Assembly (NCBI RefSeq): GCF_000142905.1
Contig: NW_013657632.1
Coordinates: forward strand, 186,001 to 250,000
Reading direction: 5' to 3'
Source: Thecamonas trahens ATCC 50062
Taxonomy: Eukaryota > Protista > Apusomonadida
DNA: 64,000 nt
Shown here: positions 31,701 through 42,993 of the stretch, one piece after another
Layout: each line of letters begins with the position of its first letter
Position numbering within the stretch: the stretch's first letter is position 1
Made by a program: the position numbers and the translations under genes
The notes under the pieces: generated by a model
The model's input: the letters and a program-made list of their open reading frames with translations, nothing else
Told to the model about the DNA's origin: nothing
Databases searched by the model: none

Positions 31701-32885
31701 GGATATCTGCAGACCATCCTGCTGCTCTACCTCCCACTGATGTATGCGGCGCTGCGGTATGTCGACTGCACCAACGTCGGCGACGGCATCGTGGTGATGA
31801 CGTCGAATCCTCAGCGTCGGTGCTACACCGCGGCGTGGAACTCGCTCCTTCCGCTCATTCTCATCGTCGCTCTCGGCTACGGGCTGAGTGTGCCGGTTGC
31901 ACTGGCGGTCTTCCTGCGGCGAAAGCATTCGCAGCTGGATCCAATTGCCTTTGGCTCGCGGTACGCGTTTCTTGTGGCCAAGTACAAGCCAGAGCTGTTC
32001 TGGTACGAGCTCGCCATTCTGGGGCGCAAGCTGGCGGTGGTAGTGGTAGTGTGCGCGCTGCAATCCCCGACGGTCAAGGCGACGGTTGTGGCGCTGCTTA
32101 TGCTTGCGCTCCGCGCCGGCGCCGCGGTTGCGGGCCACAAGCCGTATGTGGAGGCGCACCACAACGTGCTGGACGCACTGACACTGGACGGCTCGGTTGT
32201 GCTGCTGTGGGGCGGGACGATCAGCTCGTCGGCGCCGCTGCGCGACACGGTGGTCATATCGGCGCTCGTTGGCCTGCTCTTGGTTGTAACGGCGGGTGCC
32301 GGCTACGAGCTGTGGCGGATCCGACAGCGCGATGCGGCCGAGGTCGATGAGGTCTTTGCCACTTATGGCGGATACGAGTCGGACATGGAGCTCACCGAGC
32401 TGCGCTCCGACTCGGGACGGACGCTCTCATTTGGCGACGGCTCGGTGTCAGTCGAGCTCTCGATGACCGGCGACGAGTCTGAGCTTGGCTCGAGTCCGAT
32501 TTTGATCCAGCCGCCGCCGCCACTGGCGATCAAGGGCGAGGCTGCCGCCAACCATACGCCGGCTGACTCGCCTGGACGCGGCAGTGTGTCGCGCGACGGA
32601 ACGGCAGGCGTGGCCATCACGCCGCCTGCCCTCCCTCCCCGCCGATTGGACCGCCCGCCGCCGGGTCAAGGTCTCACAATCGAAGCGGAAGGCAGGTGCA
32701 ACTCTGGCTGCTGGACCGATGACATGGTTTCGGACGCCGAGATCACCGTCCCTCCGTCACCGATGGGCGAGACGACAGTTCCGGCATCACCGATGACCGG
32801 CGACAGCTGCTACGGAATGACGCCCTCGCTCTCGACAGCATTCGATGCGGAGGGTTTGGGAGTTTGTTGTGGAGAAGACAGATAA
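28794..32885 (+). CDS. Receptor-like membrane protein: signal peptide, sushi/CCP domains, SP3-4 stalk, filamin/Ig-like, Cys-rich repeats, multi-TM domain
   Basis: CCP-type C..L.AP.NG...C..G..L.G...R.C....W, (SPPP)n at 29642-29789, VYVRDEFSN and VELWDAYGN Ig/filamin motifs, CGVGTYSD...C..CP repeats, and a TM region with RYAFLVAKYKPELFWYE..ILGRK. Confidence 0.8.
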   Translation: MFRTRDSWPCYRRALFGLVGLVLLTSSSRVLVEAATLESADVACPGFTGQALASPYGMGKSEQSSIALKDYRAATSCKPFLPTSTIFVDPSTMFRIGQLSAAASSGDIVTRVANVSKVELEAAFSDSPWTADGALNDIAYAPGTFAASMDGSDVSLFTLGTGAAFAATLTDVINEPSFADGFVFETSSLACGLAGSACTLSANDGVGRNTVLQLRYYKVCTPFNYAGGSATPHTITGDNSAPRGDSLALNCDGGDTLFGAPGGVTTCTASLEWDPPAASVRCGPPPSPPPPPSPPPPPSPPPPPPSPPPPSPPPSPPPSPPPSPPPPSPPPPYACNLLSAPTNGTISFSNAGYAGSLATISCDTGLDLVEGSANRSCVGPMWDGLGPAVCRFVACPPLIAPTAGNVACDGGSSLSSPAAFGETCSYWCNAGYSLVGGASRVCLGDSTWSTGQIAFCSSFNITTSYAVVPGSSSGQMVREVGSVVAYKVYVRDEFSNPTGTGADEPYARMTAPSANGANLAAATYVTVGEYDVALTVPTITGNYVFELGLNDMAFVVAPWTLAVTAEAGPVWGPACALVGLPNSGVLEVETGSETRFNVELWDAYGNSLAAAPDTGAIAVQVRQGVTVIASAVQVISLDAAWLVFDVKVPDGGTYTLLVEIDGRAIPGAPFVMNAATTCEPGTKVLDGVKCAACGVGTYSDSVNAVVCPTCPGFTTSQEGSTSFLNCTCLPTFWFGEGKRRADKPCVPCPAGAICDGGVTPPRAAPGFEPTDDGSAFVACPRPTACAGGGHCAAGYAGRLCARCASGYYRLNNECRKCKGSNVVVIIALVLLVFGYVAGVVWINTRNTKVYGYAAFVIALNTLQAVALYGTIQLEWHPVADAIFDAVSLVNLNLDLAAPECGLDVGDVWMFKWGMTMAMPVLFLLPFGMVIVVGSAVTNAHHNREVADGKADGKRALLRPSPALIGAGGRGYLQTILLLYLPLMYAALRYVDCTNVGDGIVVMTSNPQRRCYTAAWNSLLPLILIVALGYGLSVPVALAVFLRRKHSQLDPIAFGSRYAFLVAKYKPELFWYELAILGRKLAVVVVVCALQSPTVKATVVALLMLALRAGAAVAGHKPYVEAHHNVLDALTLDGSVVLLWGGTISSSAPLRDTVVISALVGLLLVVTAGAGYELWRIRQRDAAEVDEVFATYGGYESDMELTELRSDSGRTLSFGDGSVSVELSMTGDESELGSSPILIQPPPPLAIKGEAAANHTPADSPGRGSVSRDGTAGVAITPPALPPRRLDRPPPGQGLTIEAEGRCNSGCWTDDMVSDAEITVPPSPMGETTVPASPMTGDSCYGMTPSLSTAFDAEGLGVCCGEDR

Positions 32886-33089
32886 GCATACAAACTAAAG
32901 ACGACCTTGATGGAGCAGTGTCCATGGGGGGGGCGAGCGAATGTGTTGGCAGAACGACAGTCGACAAAGTCTGACAGCCACAGTGGAGCGGGGCGGGGCA
33001 GAGGGCGAAGGTGACGAGAGGAGACAGACCCGACTAACGGACGACGACACCGACGCTGCGGACATAGCGCGTGCACCAACTCGCACCGG

Positions 33090-35749
33090 ATGTCGTTCTC
33101 GTACCTCATGGGGTACGAGGCTGAAGGCGGCGGCGTGGGCGGCGGTGGTGGCGAGGGGAGCGGGCTCGGCCTTGGAGGGCTGAACGGACTGAACGGGCTG
33201 AGCGGACTGAACGGGTCAGGCCTGGGCACATCGGGTCTGAGCGCGTCAGGCCTGGGTGTCTCGGGCCTGGGCTCTGTGCTGGGTGGTGGTGGTGAGGGCG
33301 AAGGCGGCGGAAACGGGAGCGGATCGGAGCTGCTGACACGGACGTTCCTGGTCTACGACGAGTCGCTCTGTGCCTCAGACGACGATCCGCCGGAAGACAT
33401 GGTGCTGTTCTGCTTTCCACAAGATGCGCCGGTTGGCTTACAGCTCTTCTTGCTTGGTGGTGTTGCGTCGATCGTTCGCTTCTCGCGGGCGTTCTCGGCC
33501 GGAGAGGAGCCCGATGTCATAGTGCTGGAGCGGCACAAGGTGGCATACGCGCAGGTCTCGGGCGTCTCGTTTGTGCTCACGGCGTCGGTGCTAGAGCCGG
33601 ATGCAGCGCTGAGGGCCGATCTCGACGCCGCCATTTCTGCGCTGCAGTTCTTTACAGGGCCGTTTGACGATCTGCGTGCCCGCGGCGAGGGCTTCCGTGC
33701 TGCGCTCTCGGCCGGCTGTGGCGCGCTCGTTCCGCTGCTTACTGACTTTCCGCTGATGCGTGGTTTTGCGACTGTCCCGCGGGCGCCGGTTCCTGACACT
33801 CACCGGCGGCTAGTGGTGAGCGCGTCGCAGCTAGTCTCGGCCATCACAGCCGAGGCCGGGAACCTCGGTGCTGTCGTCCTGTTCGAGCGGCGCGAGCTGG
33901 CGTCGAATGTTCCGCCGCAGCTGGCGGCGCTCATCATTGCGCGACTCAAGATGCTAGGCCTCGGTCACAAGCCGCTGACGGCCAACTGCGTGGCGGCGTC
34001 GACGCGGCTCGACGAGTCGGTTTTGGCGCCGTTTGCCACCGACGGCTCGGAAGGCGGTGGGAGCGGAGTCGCCGACGGCGGCGGGAGCGGGGCGGGCAAT
34101 GGTGAGGTGAGCGCGGGCCTGAGCTCTCTTGCAGGCATCGGGCGCGAGTCGAGTGCAACAGGCGCTCGCTCGCTGGCGTCGTCGTCGTCCGGATTGGGCT
34201 GCGGCGATGCCGGGTCGCGCGGCTCGAGCCCGGCGGCGTCTGTGGCCTCGAGCTCGCGGCGGTCGCGCAAGGCCAACGTGGCATCGCCGTCTGCGGCAGC
34301 GGCAGTGGCGGCACTCAAAGACGCACTGGCATCGCCGCCTTCGTCGGCGTTTGCCAGCGTCGGCAGCGAGGGCGGTGGTGAGGGCGGCAGCAGCAGGCTG
34401 AGTGGCTCATTTGGAGGCCTCGGCTCGCTCGGCCTGCCGGCGACGCCGCACCGAGCCAACATGCTGCGGTCTGGGCTGGCATCGCCTGCCTCCCCGTCGC
34501 AGTCGTCGCTTGTCTCTGCTCTCTCGATGGCGGGATCTGCTACGATCTCGGGGCTCGCGGTCTCGGCGACGTCAGCGGGCGAGGACTCGATCATGCAGCC
34601 AGTCTTCCTCACGCGGGCCGAGCTGGCGAGCCTCGCAGGGCGCGAGACCGAGCGACGCGGAGCGGCGGCGTCTCAGGCTGTGCCGGAGATGCTGAAGCAG
34701 GATTCTGAGGCCGGGGCGTATGTGGGACTGTACATTCTCTCGCTCTCACGCGTGAGCCTCGCGGTACTGCTCGACATCTCGGCCATGTACGATGTGCGGC
34801 ACGTGAAGAAGCTGGCGCTGACGTCGCGACCGCGGCTGGCACAGCTGCAGAGCGTACTCTGCCGGCTGGGCCGCTCCGACCGCGGTGACGACGATGTGGG
34901 CGGCAGCGATGGGGTGCCGGGCGCGGGCTTTACACATCCAAACTTTGCGGCGTATCCGGCGTACGGGCCGGGCGGGACGTTCTACCTTCCGCGCGATCTG
35001 CCGGGTGGACTGGGGCGGGCACGGCGGAGCTCGGGTGCGTCGACGCCTGTGGGCGGAGCCGGCGGGCCGGGTGTCGGCAACAACGACGGCGGGCGCGGTG
35101 GCAACACGTCGCTGCACTCGACCTCGATGTCGTCTGCCATCTCGACGTCGATGTCGGGCTATGGCGGACCTGGCGGGTACCTGAGCTTTGACTCGCCGCC
35201 GGGCACGCCTGTGGGTGGGCGTGGAATGTACGGGACGGGCGGGAACGAGCTTCCAAGGTCATCGCTGTACTACTCGCCGCAGCCGCGTGTGGGCATCTCG
35301 TCGGGCTTGTATCCAGCAGCGATGACGTACTCTGCGCTTCCGCCTGATGAGGACGCGGAGCCGAGCCCGGTGTCGGGCGTGCCGTCGCTGGCGTACGCAT
35401 CGACGTTTTCGGGGTGGGGCCTGCGGGACAGAGGCGGAGCGAGGTGCCGTTCAAGTACTTTGTGCACTCTGAGCTCACGCGCAACGGATTTGGCAACGTG
35501 CCTGTGGTCGAATCGTCGATGGACGCCAACTTTGTGTTTGCGACGTGCATGGCGCACGACGTTTTTGCGGGCGGGGCGGTGACGCATCTCGCGCTGGGCA
35601 ACTCGCTGGGAGTGCTCTACGCGCGGCAGACGGCCGGCACGCAAGTGTTTTACCAGCAACCAGCGACGGCATCGCCGCAAAACGATGTGGCGCGGGTGCA
35701 GGACACAGCCGAGGAGGCGCTTGCCGGCATCAACGTGCATATTTTCTAA
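33090..35749 (+). CDS. HPS4: HPS4-like tri-longin protein (BLOC-3 subunit), frame broken at about 35410
   Basis: N-longin FLVYD.....DDDP....LFCFP...QLFLLG. The C-terminal LYARQTAGTQVFYQQP..SPQND...A...L...NV in ORF 35414-35749 matches the HPS4 C-terminus. Confidence 0.72.
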
Positions 35750-35777
35750 GGCGCGGCCCGGAGGCTCGGGGCGAGCG

Positions 35778-36962
35778 TCAGCGCTCGTCGTCCGAGTACG
35801 GGTACGGCTCGTAGTCCATGTCGTACGGCGGAACGTTGCCGCCGTCTGCAGCGTCATACTCGCCGTAGCCATCGTCATCGCCGTCTGGGTAAAGAGCTGT
35901 GTCGTAGTAGCCGTCGGCACCCGGGCCAGGTCCGTCATCATAGTAGCCGGCGTCTTCATAGTCACCGTAGGGATCGTCGTTGCCGTAGTGGTAGCCGCCG
36001 GGACCAACGCAGTGGCGGCGGCGGGCGGCGTAGCCGCGATAGACTGCCTGGATGCGGGTAGCGGCTTCGTGGGCCTCGGGCGAAGCGCGGAGGTGGTATG
36101 GAGTGGGCGGGCGCTTGCGAACAGCGTAGCCGCGATAGAGCGCCTGGATGCGCGAGGCGGCGGCGTGGGAGCGCGGCGACGGCGGCGGCGGCAAGTGGGC
36201 GTACTCTTTCTCGTACCACTCTTCGAACGAGTAAAACAGCTTGTGTTCGGCCTGCTCGAGGGCGGCGGTGATGATGCCGATGGTGCGGTTAAGATGGTTG
36301 ATCTTGTCGATGACCTGGCGGTACGACGAGGAGCGGGTCGAGGGCCCAGTACCAGACGTGCCGTCCTTGAGGCGCTGCGAGAGCGCATTCAGCTCGTTGT
36401 TGTGCGAGCGAATCATCTTGCGTTTGGCAACCGAGATGCCGTAGTGCTCGGCGCCGGGCTCGCCAGGCTTGACGTAGGTGAGGAAGGCCTCATCCTTGGT
36501 AGGCCTATAGGTGACGACGATGCGCTTGGGCGGTCGGCGGGCAAGGCGGTCGTGAATGGGCTTGTTGCCACGGCCACCAGTACGGGCGCGGGCGCGGGCG
36601 GCAAGCCGCGCCGAGCGCTTATTGGTCGCCGGGCGGAAGGTACAGTTGAGCAGCTCCTTGCGCTCCTTGGCCGAGAGGCCGTCGACATCGATGTCGTGGC
36701 GCGAGGCGATGCGATCGAGCAGAGCCTCGTCCGACGCCGACAGGTTGTCGGACGAGGTGTCTGTACCCGGCAGGCCTGACGAGATCGATGTCGTCGACGA
36801 GGTCCGCGACAAGCGCCGGCCGCCATCGCCGGAGCGCCGGCCACGGTGCGACGACGACGACGACGACGACGACGACCGCCGCGTTCTCGGCCGCGCAGGC
36901 CGTGGGCTGTTCCGGCTTTTGGAGCTCGCCGGCGGTATGTCCCGCGACGATCCACACCCCAT
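35778..36962 (-). CDS. Putative N-acylated IQ-motif protein
   Basis: MGCGSS N-terminus (myristoyl/palmitoyl), coiled coil, two IQ motifs (IQALYRGYAVRK, IQAVYRGYAARR), D/Y/G-rich tail. Confidence 0.75.
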   Translation of the reverse strand: MGCGSSRDIPPASSKSRNSPRPARPRTRRSSSSSSSSSHRGRRSGDGGRRLSRTSSTTSISSGLPGTDTSSDNLSASDEALLDRIASRHDIDVDGLSAKERKELLNCTFRPATNKRSARLAARARARTGGRGNKPIHDRLARRPPKRIVVTYRPTKDEAFLTYVKPGEPGAEHYGISVAKRKMIRSHNNELNALSQRLKDGTSGTGPSTRSSSYRQVIDKINHLNRTIGIITAALEQAEHKLFYSFEEWYEKEYAHLPPPPSPRSHAAASRIQALYRGYAVRKRPPTPYHLRASPEAHEAATRIQAVYRGYAARRRHCVGPGGYHYGNDDPYGDYEDAGYYDDGPGPGADGYYDTALYPDGDDDGYGEYDAADGGNVPPYDMDYEPYPYSDDER

Positions 36963-37385
36963 AGTCTCCTGCTATGTGGCCAGAGTGAAGTGAGGCTCTG
37001 GTGCGCAAAGCCGTGTCGCCTGGCAAGGAGGCCACCACGAGGGGGGAGGAGAGGAGAAGCCGCGCTGAACCACAACTGTCGAGTGGGGATGGGGGGTGGG
37101 GGGTGGAGTGGGGACAAAAAAATTGTTAGTGGCTGGCTAGCTTCCATTCCAAGCAGCGGCGGTGGCAATGGAACGATGGACTCGCTCGCCGCACGTGACA
37201 CCACACGTTCTCGCCTTCCATCTGACGCGGCAGGCGAAGGGTCGAGACAGAGCAAGTCGGCACACTCGTCTCTAAGCAACAACACAAGCAAAGTGGACCA
37301 CAAGTACAAGACGACGCCGCATATGATGCAATCTTTGAGCATGATGCCTGTGCAGGGCATGCGGCGACCAGAGGAGGTTGTCGAC

Positions 37386-38752
37386 ATGAGCCTCGCGCTG
37401 CCGCTTCCATCGCCAGCGGCTTTTTCTCGACGACGCCCTTTCCCGTCGCGCCTGTCCTCTGCGATGGTCCCGGTCTCGGCTGCGGCTTGAAGTGCGACAG
37501 TAAGGCCTCCGACAACTTGTTCGGCGAGCTGGAGCTTGGACTCGGCGAGCTAGGCGGACTTGACCTCGGCAGCCTCGGCGACCTCAATCTCAACCTCGGC
37601 AACCTCGATGAGCTCACTGACCTCGACAACCTCGACCTGTCTGCTCTGGACAACGTCGAGCCTTCTCCGATTTCGCTGGAGGAGTGCTTTCCCGAGGCCG
37701 AGTGGTACTCGTCAGCCTCGCAGTCGGTCTCGCCGTCGGCCTCTTTGTCGCCCGCCCCGTTGTCGCCCGCCCCGTTGTCGCCCGCCCCGTTGTCGCCCGC
37801 CCCGTTGTCGCCCGCCCCGTTGACGCCCGGATTTGTGTGTGCGACAGTCGGTGACGCCGAGGCCCAGGCTTTTGCCGAGCTAGCAGGCGAGCTGCAGACC
37901 GTGCTCACAGTTGTGAGATGGAGCCACCTTTGCCCGACGCGGCTGCTAGCACGCGTGGACGCAGACCTGTCGCTGCTGCTGCCGTATGCCGAGTGCTCGT
38001 CGCCAGGCCAGATGGCTGCGATGAAGCACGGAATGGCCGAGGCTGCACAGGTGATGGCTGAAGTGGCGGCGGACGCGCCGACCGGCACGTCGCTGGCAAA
38101 GCTCATTGTGGCGATCCGGGCTCGGTTTGTCGAGCCGTACTCGCTCCAGCGCGGGCGTGACCTGTGGGCAATCACCTTTCCGGGCGCCAAGAACTCGTTT
38201 GAGGGCTCGTGGGCCGGCGTGCTCCTCCCGCAGGGCGCAACGGTCTACGCTTCGCTCGTCGGGCACATGGTTGTCCTTGCAGCGGCGATCGAGGCCGAAC
38301 GGCCAAAGGCAGCGGCAACCAAGGCGACGCTGCGCAAGGTGTTTGCCACCGCCGCGCCGGCCGTTGCTAATGGCCTCTTCCGGTTCGCAGCACACCTCTG
38401 GGGCCGCGGTCAGGCCAATGCCATTGTCGAGCGCTACGTCAAGGCCGCCGTCCCATCGGGCGACGGCTCGGCCAGCTCGGCCATCTTTGCTGCGCGGCGC
38501 AATCTCAAGGCCACCATCCAGCCCATCGTCCGCGCCGCGCTATCTGCGTGTGCGCGCCGCTGCACCTGCAGCTCTCTCGACACGTTTGCCTCGGCAAGCA
38601 CGTCCCACAAGCGCCGGCGCACCCCGACGCTCCTTGACTGCGAGCCAGAGGTTCGCCCAGTCAAGCGGCTCAAGCCGCTCACCCCCTGTATCGACTTGGC
38701 GGCGCCGGCACCCACACCGCGGTGGGCGCCCGTCAAGATCTACACCCATTAG
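37386..38752 (+). CDS. Hypothetical protein with LxxL and LSPAP repeats; start and frame uncertain
   Basis: ORF 37487-38752 has coding-like bias but no ATG near its 5' end. The ATG at 37386 joins it only through a -1 shift at about 37421-37442. Confidence 0.55.
37745..37829 (+). repeat. 15-bp tandem repeat TTGTCGCCCGCCCCG x5+ (LSPAP)
   Basis: Directly visible perfect copies. Confidence 0.95.
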
Positions 38753-39098
38753 CGAGGTGGCAATAGGCCCCTCTCTCCCCCCCCTTCGTTCATTACAACG
38801 AGCATATTCGAGCAGCTGATGTCCCGAGGTCGCCGAGTTTGACCTGTCACTTTCGCGCGCGCGCGCCTTGCAAACCAGCCGGTAAACACTGCCCAGAGGA
38901 CCAGAGCAGCACACTCCACCCACAACCACATACACACACACATACACACACATACACACACATACCCTCTCACACATACCCCACACACACACGCACGCAC
39001 ACGCACACACCTTCCCGTCACACCATGGACAACCCCCACAACCCACCACACCCACAACCACAACCACAACCACAACCACTAGCGCAGCCACAACAACA

Positions 39099-41869
39099 AT
39101 GTCGGCAGCGTCTTCCTCGCTGTTCTCGTCGTCTTCGCGGTACACAGCTGGCGAAGGGTCGGGCGTAGGCGCAGGCCCAGGCCCAGGCCCAGGCGCAGGC
39201 CCAGGCGGAGCCCGGTCGCTCGCCCTGTCGGAGCTCGGCACGGCGTCGGCCATCAAGCGCGACTTTGACGCCTATCTCAACGCCCCACTGCCGTCACCAT
39301 CGTCGGCTGGCTCGCCATCGGCCTCGCTTCGTTCGTCGACGCTGACCGCAGACCTCGAGGCACACGTTGTCCAGGCGCTGCGGCAAAACGAAGAGGTCTC
39401 GCACGAGCTGGAGCAGCTACTGCGCGAGGTCTCCACCCCCATCAAGCCCCGCGCCGAGACGCAGGGCTCACCGGTGGCCGACTCCGAGACGCAAACGCCT
39501 GACCCAACCGCTCCGCACTCAGAGCTGACCTCGCCGCCGCGATCGTCAACAAAGCGGGCCCTGGAGCCGGCAATGGCCGCCGCCGCCGCCACAGAGCCCG
39601 CCTCGCCGGCGCGCTCCCAGCCGGTGCCACAGCTCGTCACGCCGCCGTCGCAAGTCAAGGCTGCATCCGATGCTGTGGCCCGGGCAAACGCCGATCTGGA
39701 CGCCCTGCGTGCGTCTGCACTCGAGTCCGAGGCCGACGCTACGCTCTCGTACTCGACGGCGCTCAACATGGCGCGCGCACGGTACGGCGGCATGTCGACA
39801 GCCGAGGCCGCAGCCAGCGCCGCTGCGTCGCCATTGCGGCGAGCGGCGGTTGCCAGCAACGATGGCAACGACGACGAGGAGGCTCGGCTCGCCGTCCCGC
39901 GTATTCCGCCGAGCAACTCTCCGCTGCGTGACCACTTTAGCAACATCTCGTCGTTCCTGGCCGAGTCGACGTCGTCGCGACGCGACGCCGACGCCTCGCT
40001 CATGTCGTCGATGTCTGCGCTGGCGAGCTCATCGCCGCCGCGGGCAGCGTACCTCTCGACGCTCTCGTCCAAGCTGCCGACGCCGTCCTACACCCCGGAT
40101 GCGCCACGCGGCAGTGGGCTTCGGCCGCGGGGGCGCAGTCGTCGCCGCGGCCGCAGCTGTCGCCGTCGCGGGCATCATCGCGCTCGCCGCGGATTGTGCA
40201 GCTTGCCGACGACACCGACGACACCTTTGACGCCGACCACGTCAACGCGGCGCTGTTGCAGGCTGGCATGGAGCCAGTCTCGCGGCGCTCGTCCAAGCGT
40301 GCGCTGGCCTCTGTCCTTCTTGCTGTCCTCCGCCAGCTCGAGCACCGCGGGCGAGTGGTGTCGGAGCAGCTTGCAGCGCAGCAAGCGGCGGCAAACTCGG
40401 CTGAAGCAGCCAACTCGGACATGGTGCGGATGCGGCGCGAGCTGCTGGCGGCGTCCAAGGCCAAGGCCGCGCTGGAGCTGAAGCTGGCCGAGGCCGAGGC
40501 CGCCGGCGACGAAGCCGCTGCTGCCGCCAAGCGCGAAACGCGCAAGCTGAAGGCTGCGCTCTCGTCGCTGACGTCGCAAACCCATGTCATGCGCTCCAAA
40601 CTCGCCGCCAAAGATGAGGAGCTCTCCAAGGTCAAGGCCAAGCTGCTCAAGGTGGTCGAGGTGTCTGGGACGCCGGTGACGCGTGCAGCGCACGCCGGTG
40701 GCGCTGCGTCCGGCATGGTCATGAGGCAGAGCCTGGCGGAGAAGGAAAGGGCGCGGCTGGAGAGTCTGAACGATGCGCAGCGGCACGAGCTGCGGCTGGT
40801 GCAAGAGGAGCTGCGCGAGCTGCGGGCGCAGGTGACGGCCAAGGCCGAGACCGAGTACGCCAAGGCATTCGAGGCTGGGTTCAAGGCCGGACAGGCGAAC
40901 GATCCGCTGCGGGCGTCGTTGGAGCGGCAGCTGGCCGAGGCGAGCGGTGAAGCAGCGGACGCACGTAAGCATGCTACCGCGGCCGAGGGCGCGGCGCGGG
41001 CGGCAGTCGAAGCTCGCGACGCTGCGTACGCCAGAATCAAGAGTCTTGAGGACGAGCTCGAGCTAGCCAAGCTCGAGCTGGAGGCGCGGCCGTCGGTCCT
41101 TCGCTGGCGCGAAGAGCGTGAGGCTGCAGCCGAGGCGCCTGCGCTCACTGCCGGCATGGCGGCTGACTCGGGCCTCTCATTTGTGGTTGGCCGCGACGGG
41201 AACAACGCGTCGCGGACCCGTGAGCTCATCCGGCAGGACCGCGAGTCGTTCTCACTCGCACACCACTCGTTGGACAGCCTGAGCGGGAGCCAGGCGCGCG
41301 AGGCGCTGCAGACGGTTCTGGACCGGCTCGGCGTCCCGTCGCTGCGCAAGCTCGAGAGTGCGCTGGCGAAGATCGAGCGGGCCATGGCGGCGCTTCCGGG
41401 CATGCAGGAGTTTATCGAGAGTGTGCTGGCCGCGATCCGAAGTGGCAAGCGCGGCGTGGCTGTCGGTGTCGGCAACGCGCTGGGAGTCCTCGCAAGCTGG
41501 CGCACCGAGCTCGACGAGGCGCGTGCGTTCCGGACCGGCGCCGCCGACGCGTTTGGCCTCCCGTCGATCAGCCTCACCGAGCTGCGGACGCTGGCGGCGG
41601 GCCTGCGGGCAACGAGCACGTCGCGCGAGGTACCCGAGGCCAAGGCGCTCGAGGCGCGAGTCGAGCTTGTGGCGAGACTGGAGGCCCTGCTGGGCGTCAC
41701 GACGCCCGAGGCTGTGCTCAACGAGGTCGTCGCCCTCTCCCAAAAGGTCGATACCTACGAGTCAGCCCTGCCCGAGTATGTGGTCCTGGTCGACGCGCTC
41801 TTCGACATGCTTGACGTTGAGACGCTTGGCGATGTCATGCCTGCGCTGCGGCACGCCCTGGGAGCATAA
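39099..41869 (+). CDS. CEP70: CEP70-like centrosomal coiled-coil protein, frame broken at about 40093
   Basis: HVNAALLQAGMEPVS followed by coiled coils; the C-terminal YESALPEYVVLVDALFDMLDVETLGDVMPALR resembles the CEP70 C-terminus. The two ORFs are joined by one missing base. Confidence 0.6.
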
Positions 41870-41895
41870 GCGGGCACTCGCGTCGGCAGCGGTAG

Positions 41896-42993
41896 CTAAC
41901 TACTGGCGCCATCCGCCGCATCCGCCGCCGGCTCGGCCGCTGGCTCGGCGCTGCTGGTCCCGGCGTCAGCCTGCTCGCCTTGGGCATCAGCTGGTGGCGT
42001 AGGCTTGGAGATGCCCTTGCGGAGGAGGACGAGCGGAAAGAGCTCGTTGGTCCGCTCGTTGAGGCACCAGGCGAGACCGCGACGGCCGTAAACATGCCAC
42101 ATGATGGGCCCAAAGAGGCTGCTAACATGGAACCGCAAAAAGGCCCAGAGCGGGAAGACGGTCGAGGCGGTGCATAGGAGGAGCGTGCCGAGGCCCGGCC
42201 AGGCGTAGATGTCAGTGGCGAGCCAGCCGTCGCGGCGAAAGACGGCGTACCAGGCCACAAAGAGTAGGAGCGGAGCCGAGGTCTGGTACAGCACATTAAT
42301 GCGGCGTGAGTTGGGCGAGAGCTTGGCGGCGGCGTCGTAAAAGTAGAGCGAGTAGAGGACGCGGCGGCGCCAGATGAGAATGATAAGGACCAGCGGCGGC
42401 GAGATGAGAGCAAGCCAGTTGCCCATGAACCATTGCGGGCCGGCGCCTGTGGCGTCAGCGACAGCGACAGGACTCATAGCGCCTGGAAGGCGTAAAACGC
42501 TGCCGAGGACAAGGAGCTGGGTTGGGAGAGCGGCAAGGCCAAAGACCGGCAGCAGCGCCCAGGCCACTACCGGGCCCTCGACCGCCGGGACAAAGGAGCC
42601 AAGAAGCAGGGCGCTGTGCAGAAGAGCAGCGATTGCGAGGGTGTAGCCCGCAGCATGACCGAGGCGAGAACAGGCCTCGTCCGGCCCGGCGTGGTCGCAG
42701 GCGGCAGCGAGAGCGTAGAGTACAGCCCCGATGTAGGCAAAGTGGACAGCGTTGAAGATCGACGAGCTTGCCAGACCAACGACTCGCGCCGAGGGCGGAA
42801 TGCGGTCCTCAAGCGGAGGTAGGCGGGCCTCGGCCTTGCGGCGGGCCTTCTCGGCCTTCTCCTCCTTGGCCGCCTGTGGGTCGAGCGGGGCACCTCCACG
42901 GGCCTTGCGGGCCTTTTCCTCCTTCTTACGTCTGCGCTCCGCCATGGCTGCTGCCCGCTCTGCCGGCGACATGTTGTTGAGCTTGCGGCCCAT
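41896..42993 (-). CDS. Unknown multi-pass membrane protein
   Basis: Basic N-terminus (MGRKLNN...) and about 6 hydrophobic segments. Confidence 0.7.
   Translation of the reverse strand: MGRKLNNMSPAERAAAMAERRRKKEEKARKARGGAPLDPQAAKEEKAEKARRKAEARLPPLEDRIPPSARVVGLASSSIFNAVHFAYIGAVLYALAAACDHAGPDEACSRLGHAAGYTLAIAALLHSALLLGSFVPAVEGPVVAWALLPVFGLAALPTQLLVLGSVLRLPGAMSPVAVADATGAGPQWFMGNWLALISPPLVLIILIWRRRVLYSLYFYDAAAKLSPNSRRINVLYQTSAPLLLFVAWYAVFRRDGWLATDIYAWPGLGTLLLCTASTVFPLWAFLRFHVSSLFGPIMWHVYGRRGLAWCLNERTNELFPLVLLRKGISKPTPPADAQGEQADAGTSSAEPAAEPAADAADGASS

Noticed and set aside
35393-35431. GTACGC...ACAG mini-intron to repair the HPS4 frame
   Set aside because: 39 nt is a multiple of 3, so it does not fix the frame, and there is no branch motif.
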